A stretch of 64,000 nt of DNA from Acutalibacteraceae bacterium (GTDB taxonomy: Bacteria > Bacillota > Clostridia > Oscillospirales > Acutalibacteraceae): NCBI GenBank assembly GCA_045637365.1, contig JAZTZH010000018.1, positions 5,775 to 69,774 on the forward strand, in the 5' to 3' direction. Shown here piece by piece: positions 46,937 through 57,498 of this stretch; position 1 is the first letter of the stretch, and every line of letters starts with the position of its first letter. The position numbers and the translations under genes are program-made. The notes under the pieces are model-generated. The model had not been told where the DNA came from, did no database searches, and saw nothing but the letters and a program-made list of their open reading frames with translations.

Positions 46937-48265
46937 ATGATAGCTATAAGATCAAAGATAATTTTTCTTGTTGCCTGTGTGGTAGAGGCCTTGTTTATTT
47001 TGGCTATGCAGATTCTGGGCAGCACACCTTTGCTCTTGGTTTGTCTCGCTATTTTTCTTGCTTTGATTGCATGGTCAGCCATAAAAGGTATGGCAGTGCC
47101 TGTTATCCTGTTCTTTTTACCTTTTGCTCCGCTGATCAAGCTTCGTCCGGGAACGATTTCCTTTTTTACGATCGGACTTCTTGTTGTATATGTAATTTAC
47201 ATTTTTATGGGAAGCCGTAACATCAATATATATCACTGGATACCGGGCCTTTGTCTTATAGCGATTGCGCTTGTAGTCAAGACTCTTTACGGATATTCTA
47301 TAGATAACGGTTTTATTCTTTTTTCTGCATCGATACTACTCATACCTTTTTTAACAAGAGAGTTAGATGTAGAGTACGATTTTTATTGGCTTACGGTTTT
47401 CTTTGCATTAGGAATCATAATTGCTGCTATAACAGCAAAATATCTTGCCATTTTTCCGACTATAACAAGATATATCGGTACTAATGTCGGGTTTGGCATA
47501 ATCAGACGTTCGGGATATTATGGTGATCCTAATTTCTATTCAGCACATATAACAGCAGCATTGAGCGGTGCTTTAGTTTTATTACTCAATAATATCAAAG
47601 GCAAAAGAACATCTGTTCTTATTATTCTGTCAGGCTTGCTTGTATATTGCGGATTTTTATCTGTTTCTAAATCATTTATGTTAATAGCCATATGTCTGTT
47701 TTTTGCTTGGTTAGTTGAGTTCATGTTTATGAAAGGAAGATTATCAGCCAAGTTGATGATATTTTTTACTTTTCTTGTCGGAGCAGTTTTCCTTTTGTCT
47801 ACTACAGTGTTTACTGACCTTGCCGGTATGATGCTTTCGAGATTCAGTGGTGTAAATAATTTGTCAGATTTTACAACCGGACGTATTGAGCTTTGGTCGA
47901 AATATCTGAATGCTTTTGCTGAGGATCCGCTTCTTTTGTTTTTCGGAAAAGGATTTACATCGGTTCTTATCTTTGAGAAAGCTACGCATAATACAATAAT
48001 ACAGGCAATTTACCAGTTCGGAATAATCGGATGCGCCTTTTTGACAGGCTGGATTGTGTGTTCAATACGTATTCTTTTAAATGAAACAAAAATTTATTTA
48101 TCTGATATGGCTCAGATATTTATTTTATTGCTTGGTATATTCGGTCCGTGGATGGCATTGGATTTATTGTTCTTTGATGAATTTTTTCTTATGATAGTGT
48201 ATGTGTGTGTAGCATTGAAGTTTATTGATAAAAGAAAATATCACATTTCGGCACGGATTGAATAA
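46937..48265 (+). CDS. O-antigen polymerase/ligase-family membrane protein (Wzy-like)
   Basis: About 10-12 TM helices. The periplasmic loop GRIELWSKYLNAFAEDPLLLFFGKGF resembles the Wzy_C domain. Confidence 0.8.
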   Translation: MIAIRSKIIFLVACVVEALFILAMQILGSTPLLLVCLAIFLALIAWSAIKGMAVPVILFFLPFAPLIKLRPGTISFFTIGLLVVYVIYIFMGSRNINIYHWIPGLCLIAIALVVKTLYGYSIDNGFILFSASILLIPFLTRELDVEYDFYWLTVFFALGIIIAAITAKYLAIFPTITRYIGTNVGFGIIRRSGYYGDPNFYSAHITAALSGALVLLLNNIKGKRTSVLIILSGLLVYCGFLSVSKSFMLIAICLFFAWLVEFMFMKGRLSAKLMIFFTFLVGAVFLLSTTVFTDLAGMMLSRFSGVNNLSDFTTGRIELWSKYLNAFAEDPLLLFFGKGFTSVLIFEKATHNTIIQAIYQFGIIGCAFLTGWIVCSIRILLNETKIYLSDMAQIFILLLGIFGPWMALDLLFFDEFFLMIVYVCVALKFIDKRKYHISARIE

Positions 48266-48283
48266 AATATTGGAGTTGAAAAA

Positions 48284-49063
48284 ATGAATGAATTTTTAAA
48301 AATTTCATCTGATCCATTCGTATCAGTCATTATGCCTGTGTATAACGGTGAACGGTATATAGAGCAATCTATCCGTTCAGTAATTATGCAAACCTATAGC
48401 AATTGGGAACTGATAGTAATTGATGACTTTTCGAGTGATTCTACTGCAGAGATAGTTAAAGCTTTGTGCAAAGAGGATAAAAGAGTCAGATATGTAAAAA
48501 ATTCACAGAATATAGGTACAGCTAAAACGAGGAACAGAGGTCTTGATTTATGTAAGGGCGACTTTGTAGCTTTGTTAGACAGTGATGACATATGGTATCC
48601 TGAAAAACTTGAGAAACAACTTGCTTTAGCTGAATCAACAGAAGCTGATATTGTCTATTGTTCTTATGGAATAATAGATGAATACGGAGAGAAGCTTTGT
48701 AATGATTTTATCGTTCCGGAAACTACAACTTATGAAAAAACACTGATAAGATCTGTTATCAGTTGTTCTACAGCTTTATTTACACGTAACATAGTAGATA
48801 AATATCGCTTCCGCACAGATTATTACCATGAAGATCTCATTATGTGGATTGAAATGATGAGAGACGGAAATCGGGCATTTGGTGTAACTGAGGTTATTGC
48901 AGATTACCGAGTGTCACGAGGCTCACGTACATCGAATAAGTTCAGAACTGTAATAGAAAGATGGAAAATTTACAGAAAGCTTATGAAGGAACCGTTTTTC
49001 CGCAGTGTCAAACTTATCACTGATTATGCTTTATTGGCTTTAAAAAAATATAAAAGGGTTTGA
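48284..49063 (+). CDS. Family 2 glycosyltransferase
   Basis: VSVIMPVYNGERYIEQSI, IVIDDFSSD, and the DxD motif LLDSDDIW. Confidence 0.9.
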   Translation: MNEFLKISSDPFVSVIMPVYNGERYIEQSIRSVIMQTYSNWELIVIDDFSSDSTAEIVKALCKEDKRVRYVKNSQNIGTAKTRNRGLDLCKGDFVALLDSDDIWYPEKLEKQLALAESTEADIVYCSYGIIDEYGEKLCNDFIVPETTTYEKTLIRSVISCSTALFTRNIVDKYRFRTDYYHEDLIMWIEMMRDGNRAFGVTEVIADYRVSRGSRTSNKFRTVIERWKIYRKLMKEPFFRSVKLITDYALLALKKYKRV

Positions 49064-49087
49064 TTTTATAAGAGGGAGGGGATCTAT

Positions 49088-49960
49088 ATGCAGCTTGCAA
49101 GTATTTATGACGAAGTTCATATTAAGCATCAGCATTCGTTGCTGGATCTCCTGAATGAATTTGACCGTGTGTGCAAGATTCTTGATATCCCGTACATACT
49201 ATTTGCGGGAACTATGCTCGGTGCAGTTCGTCATAAGGGCTTCATACCGTGGGATGATGACCTGGATGTGCTGATGCTGAGGGATGATTACGAACGGTTT
49301 CTCAAACAGGCACCGGAAGTTTTAGAAGAAGAAAGATTTTTTCTTCAGAAGGAGTTTTCAGAGCATTGGCCTATGTTCTTTTCAAAACTTCGTTTAAACG
49401 GAACAACTTGTCTCGAAAAATTTCATCCGAAGGATAATCAGATACATCAGGGAATTTATATAGATATTTTCCCTTGTGATAATGCATTCAAAAGCAGTTT
49501 AGGTAAAAAACTTCAGTTTTTTGCATCCAAAGTAATAATTGCTAAATCATTATATAAGCGTGGTTACGAAACCAAAAGTTTTATTAAAAAGATATTTATG
49601 AAGGTTTGCAAATTTTTACCTATGCGACCTTTTATGTATATTGTAAGGAGTGGCAGAAAGGACAGTGAGTATGTTCACAGCTTTCTTGCAGCGGCAAAAA
49701 GTTATTCAAAAAATATTTATCCGCGCGAATACATAGAAAAAACAATTAATTTAAATTTTGAAAGTCACAGTTTTCCTGTTTCAGCTGAGTATGATAAGTT
49801 GCTCAGAATACTGTATGATGACTATATGACTCTGCCACCGCCGGAAGAACGACATGTGAAGCAGCATGCAGTTCTGGTGGATCTGGAACATTCTTATGAG
49901 TATTATCAGGATTATCATAATGGTATGAAATTTGATGTGCTTACTGTTAGTATTCGTTAA
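49088..49960 (+). CDS. licD: LicD-family phosphotransferase (phosphocholine or other phospho-alcohol/sugar transfer to glycans)
   Basis: FAGTMLGAVRHKGFIPWDDDLDVLM is the LicD nucleotidyltransferase-fold signature. Confidence 0.85.
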   Translation: MQLASIYDEVHIKHQHSLLDLLNEFDRVCKILDIPYILFAGTMLGAVRHKGFIPWDDDLDVLMLRDDYERFLKQAPEVLEEERFFLQKEFSEHWPMFFSKLRLNGTTCLEKFHPKDNQIHQGIYIDIFPCDNAFKSSLGKKLQFFASKVIIAKSLYKRGYETKSFIKKIFMKVCKFLPMRPFMYIVRSGRKDSEYVHSFLAAAKSYSKNIYPREYIEKTINLNFESHSFPVSAEYDKLLRILYDDYMTLPPPEERHVKQHAVLVDLEHSYEYYQDYHNGMKFDVLTVSIR

Positions 49961-49984
49961 AAGTTTTTGGGATAAGGTGTTATT

Positions 49985-50614
49985 ATGGAAAATAAGAAAG
50001 TTGTTACCGAACAGAATAAACCTGTTAATGATCATAGAAAAGCCATTTTGGAACAGAGAAAGGCTATTCGGGAAAAAAAGCAAAGACAAAAAGTAGTGAT
50101 TACCGTATTGATTGTCTGTGCGATGACCTTAACAGGTGTTGTTGCCGGCTTCAGTCTGGGTCGCAGTGCTAAACCTAAAGTTTCGGATATAAATATAAAT
50201 TTTCAGAACACAAACGAAAAAAAAGAAGATACCGGACTCAGCATTACGTCTGTTAAAGAGGACGGAGATTGGATAATTGTCAACACATCCTATATGACAC
50301 TTCGTTATCCATTTGCTTTTTCAGATATAATCGAAGTTGAAGCCTATAACGACGAGTCGGTTTCGCAGCTTCGTTTTTTTTCAAATCTTGATGACAAGAG
50401 AATTCTTAATTATGTAATATACTTCAACTCTGATCAGGGTATTCCTTGCGGAACGCTTAAGTTGAATGGCGAAATTCCTGTTTCCGTTGAGCTTAAGGAG
50501 GTTCCGAAGAAGCTGTCCAAGGAATGGATAAGTACCTATTATGCTGTTCAGGAAACATTTAATGATGTACTTAAATCAATGGAAGAAAATAAAAACTACA
50601 AAGTAGCTGGTTAA
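49985..50614 (+). CDS. Bitopic membrane protein of unknown function
   Basis: A basic N-terminus, one TM helix (VVITVLIVCAMTLTGVVAGF) and an extracytoplasmic domain of about 150 aa. No motif was recognised. Confidence 0.6.
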   Translation: MENKKVVTEQNKPVNDHRKAILEQRKAIREKKQRQKVVITVLIVCAMTLTGVVAGFSLGRSAKPKVSDININFQNTNEKKEDTGLSITSVKEDGDWIIVNTSYMTLRYPFAFSDIIEVEAYNDESVSQLRFFSNLDDKRILNYVIYFNSDQGIPCGTLKLNGEIPVSVELKEVPKKLSKEWISTYYAVQETFNDVLKSMEENKNYKVAG

Positions 50615-50626
50615 AAGGTGGCTGTT

Positions 50627-51424
50627 ATGAATTTACAGGTTTTAGTTGCCACGATGAAGCAAAAAGATTTTTCTTTAGTTGAGAAAATGAACATTCATTG
50701 TAATGCAGTGATAGCCAATCAGGCAGATCATAACGAATTTTCAGAAATAAAAACTGAATACGGTAAAGTTACTATGATAACTACAAATACAAGGGGAGTC
50801 GGACTTAACCGTAATATTGCTTTAATGGCTTCTCAGGCAGACATTATTCTTCTTGCGGATGATGATTTGGTATATAACGATGATATGCCTGAAAAAGTGA
50901 TTGATGCGTTCATGAAAAATCCGGATGCTGATGTTATAATTTTTAGTATAGACATTTTGAAAAACGGTGTAATCACCGAAAGAAGAAATGATTCCGGTGT
51001 AAGGTTACATCTTTGGAATTCGATGCGATTCGGCACTTATACTATTGCTGCTAAAAGGAGTTCTATTATTAATAACAACATCACTTTTAATCAATGCTTT
51101 GGCGGTGGCTGCGAGTTCAGTGCAGGTGAGGACAGCTTATTTCTCCGAGCGTGCTTTGATAACGGGCTTAAGGTCTATTCGGACAGTTATGTGCTTGGCA
51201 GTTGCTGTAAAGATACTTCGTCTTGGTTTACAGGGTTTAACGAAAAGTATTTCTATGATAAAGGTGTTCTTGTTCGTAATTTGTTTCCTAAAACGGCATA
51301 TATTATGGCTTTATATTTCGGAGCATATTTTAAACGTGAAACAGAAATAGGTTTATTCAAGCGTCTTAAATTAGTGTACCGTGGTGTATGTGCGGGTAAG
51401 CAAATGATTCCTTACAGTGAATAA
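50627..51424 (+). CDS. Putative glycosyltransferase (GT-A fold)
   Basis: VLVATMKQKD...NTRGVGLNRN...ILLADDDLVY (DxD). I prefer the ATG at 50627 because the track GTG at 50618 lies within the RBS aaggtgg. Confidence 0.7.
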   Translation: MNLQVLVATMKQKDFSLVEKMNIHCNAVIANQADHNEFSEIKTEYGKVTMITTNTRGVGLNRNIALMASQADIILLADDDLVYNDDMPEKVIDAFMKNPDADVIIFSIDILKNGVITERRNDSGVRLHLWNSMRFGTYTIAAKRSSIINNNITFNQCFGGGCEFSAGEDSLFLRACFDNGLKVYSDSYVLGSCCKDTSSWFTGFNEKYFYDKGVLVRNLFPKTAYIMALYFGAYFKRETEIGLFKRLKLVYRGVCAGKQMIPYSE

Positions 51425-51426
51425 AG

Positions 51427-52605
51427 ATGAAAAAAATAATTATAGTAAACAACAATATGAAAATCGGCGGTGTACAGAAAAGTCTGTACAACTTGCTTTG
51501 GTCTATAGATACGGTAAATGAGTATGATGTTACATTATTACTTTTCAGTAATAGCGGAGCTTATACAGAACATTTACCGGAAAGCATTAAAATAAAAGAA
51601 TGTAAAGGACTTTTTAGATATCTCGGGAAAAGTCAGGGAGAGTACAGAGGTAATTTGCTTGACTTTATACTCAGAGGCTTTTTTGCGGCGCTCAGCCGTA
51701 TAGCCGGCAGAAGTTTTTCGCTACGTCTTATGCTTTTGGGTGAGCCGATGCTCGAAGAGAATTATGATTGTGCAGTTTCTTTTCTTCATAATGGAAGAAA
51801 AGAGGCTTTTTACGGCGGAACTCAGGATTATGTTCTTAAACGGGTGAAGGCGAAGAAGAAGATTGCTTTTATTCATGGTGACTACGTTAATTGCGGAGCA
51901 AATCACGGCACAAATAATCAGATGTTAGAGAAATTTGATATGATTGCTGCTTGCTCTGACGGGTGCAGAAAAGTTCTTTTGAAGTCTGTGCCCGAGTTTG
52001 AAAAAAAATGCATAACTGTAAGAAACTTTAATCGTTTCGATGAAATAAATAATTTGTCTGCGGACAATCCCGTAGAGTATGACGATTCATTTGTAAACAT
52101 TGTTATGGTTGCAAGACTGTCCCACGAAAAGGGAATTGACCGTGCGATTAAGGCTCTTGCATTCTGCGCTGAAAAAGAGCTTAAGGCAAGATTACATATA
52201 GTCGGCGGCGGTGCTATGCTTGATCAGCTTAGTGCACTTGCAGAGAATCTCGGCGTTAAGGAGCAGACATTATTTTACGGTGAGAAAAGCAATCCGTACA
52301 GATACATAAAAAATGCTGATTTGCTGCTTATTGCTTCTTATCATGAAGCGGCTCCTATGGTAATTGATGAAGCACTTTGTCTTTCTGTTCCCGTACTATC
52401 AACCAAAACAACATCGACGGATGAGATGATAGCGGAGCCTGGGAACGGTTGGGTCTGTGAAAATTCACAGGAGGCACTGAATGAAGCTCTTTACAGTGTG
52501 TTATCCGATAGAAATCAGTTAACCGATATAAAGAGAAAGCTTTCTGTTAGTTCGCCAGATAATGAAAAGGCCCTGTGTCAATTTAGAGAGATTACGGAAA
52601 ATTGA
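51427..52605 (+). CDS. GT-B fold glycosyltransferase (GT4-like)
   Basis: The C-terminal half contains SYHEAAPMVIDEALCLSVPVLST (an EX7E-type motif). Confidence 0.8.
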   Translation: MKKIIIVNNNMKIGGVQKSLYNLLWSIDTVNEYDVTLLLFSNSGAYTEHLPESIKIKECKGLFRYLGKSQGEYRGNLLDFILRGFFAALSRIAGRSFSLRLMLLGEPMLEENYDCAVSFLHNGRKEAFYGGTQDYVLKRVKAKKKIAFIHGDYVNCGANHGTNNQMLEKFDMIAACSDGCRKVLLKSVPEFEKKCITVRNFNRFDEINNLSADNPVEYDDSFVNIVMVARLSHEKGIDRAIKALAFCAEKELKARLHIVGGGAMLDQLSALAENLGVKEQTLFYGEKSNPYRYIKNADLLLIASYHEAAPMVIDEALCLSVPVLSTKTTSTDEMIAEPGNGWVCENSQEALNEALYSVLSDRNQLTDIKRKLSVSSPDNEKALCQFREITEN

Positions 52606-52667
52606 GGAAATTACAAGAATTCATATTCTTGTTTATATATATAAATCCATTCAAGGAGGACATATTA

Positions 52668-55600
52668 ATGGTAAAAAAAATACCCGGAAAAATTTTATCG
52701 CTGATTATGGCAACTGTAATGCTTTTCAGTCTTGTTCCTATGTCAGCGTCTGCAGCGGGCAGTGTAACCAATTATGCAGATTTTCTGGCTGAGTTCAAGC
52801 AGCTTGAACAGTATGCTGCGGCTTTTTATGATGCCAATCCTTCCAAGAGCGAAGGCGAGCTTGTTCTTAACTTTGTAAGAACAGGTGTTGAGCGTTATCT
52901 TGACGGAAACTGGGCCACTCTTGCAGGCCAGGAAATTACTGAGTTCACAGCTTTTGTTGAAGCTCAGGATGCGTTGAACGGTACTAGTGTAATGAATCTT
53001 AGAGATATCGTTATCGATAATTTTACTCTTCCTAACGGAAATCCTGCAGACTTCGGACATATGTTCGGAACTATGAATATTTCATATATCAATAAGTCAA
53101 ATACCAAGACTCCTGACCTTTCAGGTTGGGCAGGTGACCTTTGCGATCTTCTCTATTACTGTGCAAGAGTCGGAACAGTAGCAGGCAAGACAATCGATGA
53201 AAAGGCTGCTTATATTCTTGATAAGTGCTTTGGTGTTGATGCAGACGACGCATTTGGCTGGGATGACTTCTACGGTGATATGGACGGTTATTACTTTGTT
53301 AATGAGTACATCAAAGGTAACGGTTCCTTCAGTGAGCTTTTCGAAGCCTATTATACAGCTGAGCTTGACGATTGCGACCGTGCAGCTTATTTCCTTAATA
53401 ACCGCTTCCCCGGCAAGACCACAAAGCAGGAAGTAAGAGATGCTATTTATGATGCCTACCGTCTTAATGTAGGTATTCAGGTTCTCGAAGCTGACCGCGG
53501 AGTTTCTGATTATTCTGATCTTCGTAAGGCCGCCTGCTATGCTTTTGCTGATTATCTTTTCTCTAAGGCTGACGGACGTCTCGTTGGCGGTGATGAGGAT
53601 GAAGGCGGAGAAGAAGATGTAACTCCCGATAATGGATACTATTCAGTTTTCTCTTCAACCGATTCAATTCTTGCTCCCGGTGTTACACAGCAGATTAACT
53701 ACGCTATGTCAGCTGACGGTAAGCAGATGGTATATTATATCGCTACTGTCGATGTAAACCGTGATGATCTTACCATTATGGCTAACTACGGTAACAATGA
53801 TCCTTCAAAGGGTTGGACCATGCAGAGAGTGCAGGATCAGGTAGCTGCAATGGTTAATAATCATTCACATATCGAAAACTTCCGCCCTGTTGTTGCAATC
53901 AATGGTGACGGCTTCAATACTTCAACAGGTAAGCCAGGCGGACTTCTTGTTATGGAAGGCGTTGAATGGCATCCTGTAGACGGTGACGGTTTCTTTGCTA
54001 TTCTCAAAGACGGCACTGCAATGATTGGTACACAGGCTGAATATAATACATATAAATCAGAAATCCAGGAAGCTATCGGTGCATTCGGTGCTACCCTCGT
54101 TAAAGACGGCAAGATCGCTGTTAATAAAAACAGCCAGTACTATACATCCCGTGCCAGCCGTACTGCAATCGGTACCAAGGCTGACGGCTCTGTAGTTATG
54201 ATGGTTCTCGACGGCAGACAGGAGCCCTTCTCATGTGGCGGTTCTATGGAAGAAATCGCACAGATCATGTATGAAGCAGGCTGTGTTCACGCTGTTAACC
54301 TTGACGGCGGCGGATCAACTACATATATGTCAAAACCTGAAGGCAGTAACGACATTAAGGTTGTTAACCGCCCCTCCGACGGTTATGCGAGAAGCGTTGC
54401 CGCAACTCTTGTAGCTGTTTCCACAGCGAAGGCTTCTGACGAATTTGACCGTGCTATCATCAGCTCAGATTATGACTATCTGACAGTAGGCACCTCACTT
54501 GAATTAAATGCAGTAGGTGTTAATAACATCGGTTCATCAGCTGCAATCCCCGCAGGTGCTGTTTGGACAGTTTCAGATGGAAGTGTCGGTACAGTTACAC
54601 AGGACGGTGTGTTCACTGCAAGCGACGTCGGTGAAGTAGAGGTTTCTCTTGTTCTTGACGGTGCTTCCGTAGGCAGCAAGAAGCTTAATGTTGTCGTTCC
54701 CGATACTCTTGAATTTGTTGAAAGTAATCTTGTAGCTATTTATGATCAGAAAACAGAATTAAAGTTTAATGTTCTCTATGACGGAAATTCTGTTGCGTTC
54801 AATGAAAACGATGTAGTTTACGCTATGTTCTCTACTGACTTTGAGACAGCATACGAAGAAGATGTATGTGTAATCGACGGATTCAATTACACCGTAAAAG
54901 AGAATGCGGGTACCAGAAAGATGATTATTGCAGCACAGCTTAATTCTGATGATGCTGAATTAATCTGGCAGTATCTCACCTTATACAGAAACGACGAAGC
55001 AGTGTTTGATTTCGATAATGCGACTGCAGGTAACCGTACACTCGCCTGGAACAGAGAGGTTCTCAATGCCACAACAAAAGATGGCATGAACTATTCTGTT
55101 GAAGATCCTGACAAGGATATTGAGTTAGGCTATACTTTCGCTCTTGATATGACTGCTATTGAAATTCCTCAGCAGCTTGCAGACATCGTATTTATGCTTC
55201 CCGGTTCTGACAATGAAGAGGTATCAGCATCAGCCTTTAACTATCTTCTTATGCTTGCAGAGCGTGTAAGTGTTCTTACTGAGGTAAGAATTACTGCTCA
55301 GTTTGATAAGGATGTTGAGGTTGACGTTTCCGAGCTCAAGATTATCAACGACTATTTTGAAATCAAGGAAGCAACAGTTGATGAAAATAATAAGCTTACA
55401 TTAGTATGCAAATGGATAGACAGAACAGAGCCTATTCCTGCTGCAACCGCTAATCCCATATGTATTCTTGCCGGTATCAAGGCTAAGCCTGCCGCAGATG
55501 CAGACTGGTCCGACGATGAGCTTATCGTTATCAATACAGGTACTGTAAGCTTTGATATTTACCTCAGAGCATCTTCACTTTATTCTTTCGCTAACAGAGT

Positions 55601-57422
55601 AGAAAATCAGCAGAAGTACGGACTTTATCCCTATTCTTCTAAAGAAACCGGCTGGGAAGGCGGCGAAGAAAAGGGCGCACATTTCGCTGACTCTTACGCA
55701 GAATTCGAAGACAGCTTCATTCTTAACAATGCTATCCGTCAGGGCTGGCATAAGCTCAACGGCAAGGACTATTACTTCGTTAATCATAAGGAAGTAACAG
55801 GAATTCAGTACATTCCTTCAAAGAATGATGCGAGCAAAAAGCTCTTCTATGAATTTGATGAAAACGGTGTATGTCTCGGCACATGCACAGGCGTAATCGA
55901 ATATAACGGTGACTTATATTATGCGATTGCAGGTGAAAAGAATACCGGTTGGATTTCTGTAAACGGAGAAAATGGTGAACAGCTTGATTACTTCTTTGAC
56001 ACTAAAACAGGTAAGGCTGTTGACGGAAAGCAGAAAATCGGTGATTACAATTTTACCTTTAAAGATCATATCCTTGTCCGCGGCGATCTTGTAACTGATT
56101 CAAAGGGTACTCGTTACAGATGGGGTGCTGCATGGGTACAGGGCAAATGGTTTGAGGTTGACGGTAAAACATATCACACTAAGAAATATCAGTATTATGT
56201 AACTACAGGATACGCTAACATCGTAGGTAAAGATCTCGAATATGAATATCATCTCTTCGATGAAAAAGGTGTATTCCAGGAGGATTATACAGGTCTCTGG
56301 CATATAGGTTCAGATACTTATTTTCTTGAAAACGGTCGCAGAAACAACAATGCCGGTCTTATTTATCTTGACGGTTACTATTATTACATTGCAGCAAATG
56401 CTAAGGCAGTTAAAAACAGAACTTACTGGCCCACAAAAACAAACGGACTTCTTCCTGTTGCTGCCTATCAGTTTGACGAGCAGGGCAGAATAGTTAATCC
56501 TCCCGTTGAAAATCCGGATACTCCTGATGCTCCCGGTGGCTCTGAATCTCCCTCTCTTCTCAACGGTATCATAGAGAAGGACGGCAAGTATTTCTATTAT
56601 GAAAACGGTGTACTAAAAGCCGGTGCCGGTCTTAAAAAGTTTACTGACAGTGAAGGAAAAGACTTTTATATTTATGTCCGTTCAAACGGTGAGCTAGCAA
56701 CAGGGCTTTACTGGCCGACTACTTCAAACGGATTACTGCCCGTAACATCTTATGATTTCGGAACAGACGGAAAGTATTATCCTCCCGTCGAGGATGACGA
56801 ACCTGATACTCCTGATATACCCGATGAACCCGAAAAGCCTGAGGAGCCGGAAAAGCCCACTCCCGAATTAAAGAACGGTATTTACTATGAAAACGGAAAA
56901 TATCGTTATTATAAGGACGGCAAGGTAGATTGGAGTGCAGGCGTGGTTAAGCTCCTGGATGAAACAGGCAGAGAATTTTATATCTATGTCCGTTCTTCTA
57001 CAGGTACTCTTGCTACAGGTGTGTACTGGCCTTCAAACACCAACGGTCTTCTTTCTCCTGGCTCTTACGATTTCGGTACGGACGGCAGATACTATGCACC
57101 TATCGTAAATCCCGAACCCGAGCAGCCTGAAGAACCCGAAACACCTGACACTCCTGATACACCTGAAGAGCCCGAAAAGCCTGAGGTTAAAAACGGCATC
57201 TATTACGAAAACGGTCAGTACCGTTATTATAAAGACGGTGTTAATGACTGGGCAGCAGGTCTTGTGAAGCTTACTGATGAAAACGGAAAAGATTTCTACA
57301 TCTATGTCCGTTCTTCTACAGGTACTCTCGCAACGGGCGTTTACTGGCCTTCAATTACTAACGGTCTCTTACCCACCAAGGGTTACGACTTCGGTACAAA
57401 CGGCAGATATTATCCTGCCTGA
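52668..57422 (+). CDS. Secreted phosphodiester glycosidase (NAGPA family) with Big_2-like domains and C-terminal cell-wall/choline-binding-type repeats (1,584 aa)
   Basis: The ATG at 52668 follows caaggagga. Signal peptide ...PMSASA. The NAGPA core is AINGDGFN...RTAIGTKADGSVVMMVLDGRQ...AVNLDGGGSTTYM. GWHKLNGKDYYFVNH is a CW_binding repeat. The C-terminus carries 3 repeats of about 105 aa. Confidence 0.9.
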   Translation: MVKKIPGKILSLIMATVMLFSLVPMSASAAGSVTNYADFLAEFKQLEQYAAAFYDANPSKSEGELVLNFVRTGVERYLDGNWATLAGQEITEFTAFVEAQDALNGTSVMNLRDIVIDNFTLPNGNPADFGHMFGTMNISYINKSNTKTPDLSGWAGDLCDLLYYCARVGTVAGKTIDEKAAYILDKCFGVDADDAFGWDDFYGDMDGYYFVNEYIKGNGSFSELFEAYYTAELDDCDRAAYFLNNRFPGKTTKQEVRDAIYDAYRLNVGIQVLEADRGVSDYSDLRKAACYAFADYLFSKADGRLVGGDEDEGGEEDVTPDNGYYSVFSSTDSILAPGVTQQINYAMSADGKQMVYYIATVDVNRDDLTIMANYGNNDPSKGWTMQRVQDQVAAMVNNHSHIENFRPVVAINGDGFNTSTGKPGGLLVMEGVEWHPVDGDGFFAILKDGTAMIGTQAEYNTYKSEIQEAIGAFGATLVKDGKIAVNKNSQYYTSRASRTAIGTKADGSVVMMVLDGRQEPFSCGGSMEEIAQIMYEAGCVHAVNLDGGGSTTYMSKPEGSNDIKVVNRPSDGYARSVAATLVAVSTAKASDEFDRAIISSDYDYLTVGTSLELNAVGVNNIGSSAAIPAGAVWTVSDGSVGTVTQDGVFTASDVGEVEVSLVLDGASVGSKKLNVVVPDTLEFVESNLVAIYDQKTELKFNVLYDGNSVAFNENDVVYAMFSTDFETAYEEDVCVIDGFNYTVKENAGTRKMIIAAQLNSDDAELIWQYLTLYRNDEAVFDFDNATAGNRTLAWNREVLNATTKDGMNYSVEDPDKDIELGYTFALDMTAIEIPQQLADIVFMLPGSDNEEVSASAFNYLLMLAERVSVLTEVRITAQFDKDVEVDVSELKIINDYFEIKEATVDENNKLTLVCKWIDRTEPIPAATANPICILAGIKAKPAADADWSDDELIVINTGTVSFDIYLRASSLYSFANRVENQQKYGLYPYSSKETGWEGGEEKGAHFADSYAEFEDSFILNNAIRQGWHKLNGKDYYFVNHKEVTGIQYIPSKNDASKKLFYEFDENGVCLGTCTGVIEYNGDLYYAIAGEKNTGWISVNGENGEQLDYFFDTKTGKAVDGKQKIGDYNFTFKDHILVRGDLVTDSKGTRYRWGAAWVQGKWFEVDGKTYHTKKYQYYVTTGYANIVGKDLEYEYHLFDEKGVFQEDYTGLWHIGSDTYFLENGRRNNNAGLIYLDGYYYYIAANAKAVKNRTYWPTKTNGLLPVAAYQFDEQGRIVNPPVENPDTPDAPGGSESPSLLNGIIEKDGKYFYYENGVLKAGAGLKKFTDSEGKDFYIYVRSNGELATGLYWPTTSNGLLPVTSYDFGTDGKYYPPVEDDEPDTPDIPDEPEKPEEPEKPTPELKNGIYYENGKYRYYKDGKVDWSAGVVKLLDETGREFYIYVRSSTGTLATGVYWPSNTNGLLSPGSYDFGTDGRYYAPIVNPEPEQPEEPETPDTPDTPEEPEKPEVKNGIYYENGQYRYYKDGVNDWAAGLVKLTDENGKDFYIYVRSSTGTLATGVYWPSITNGLLPTKGYDFGTNGRYYPA
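56562..57419 (+). repeat. Three tandem units of 312-318 bp (a putative wall-binding module plus a Pro/Glu linker)
   Basis: Units start at 56562, 56874 and 57192 (NGI..ENGKYRYYKDG...FYIYVRSSTGTLATGVYWPS.TNGLL...YDFGTDGRYY, then PEEPEKPE linkers). A degenerate unit lies upstream near 56340. Confidence 0.85.
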
Positions 57423-57441
57423 TTAATCGGTAAAACATACT

Positions 57442-57464
57442 CCGGCTCACTTTCAGTGAGCCGG
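57442..57464 (+). promoter_or_regulatory. GC-rich stem-loop between the two giant genes, with no U-tract
   Basis: ccggctcact, loop ttc, agtgagccgg: a perfect 10-bp stem. No T-run follows, so it is not a classic terminator. Confidence 0.4.
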
Positions 57465-57498
57465 GATGTAAAAATATATGTTCAGAAAGGAAAATTTT

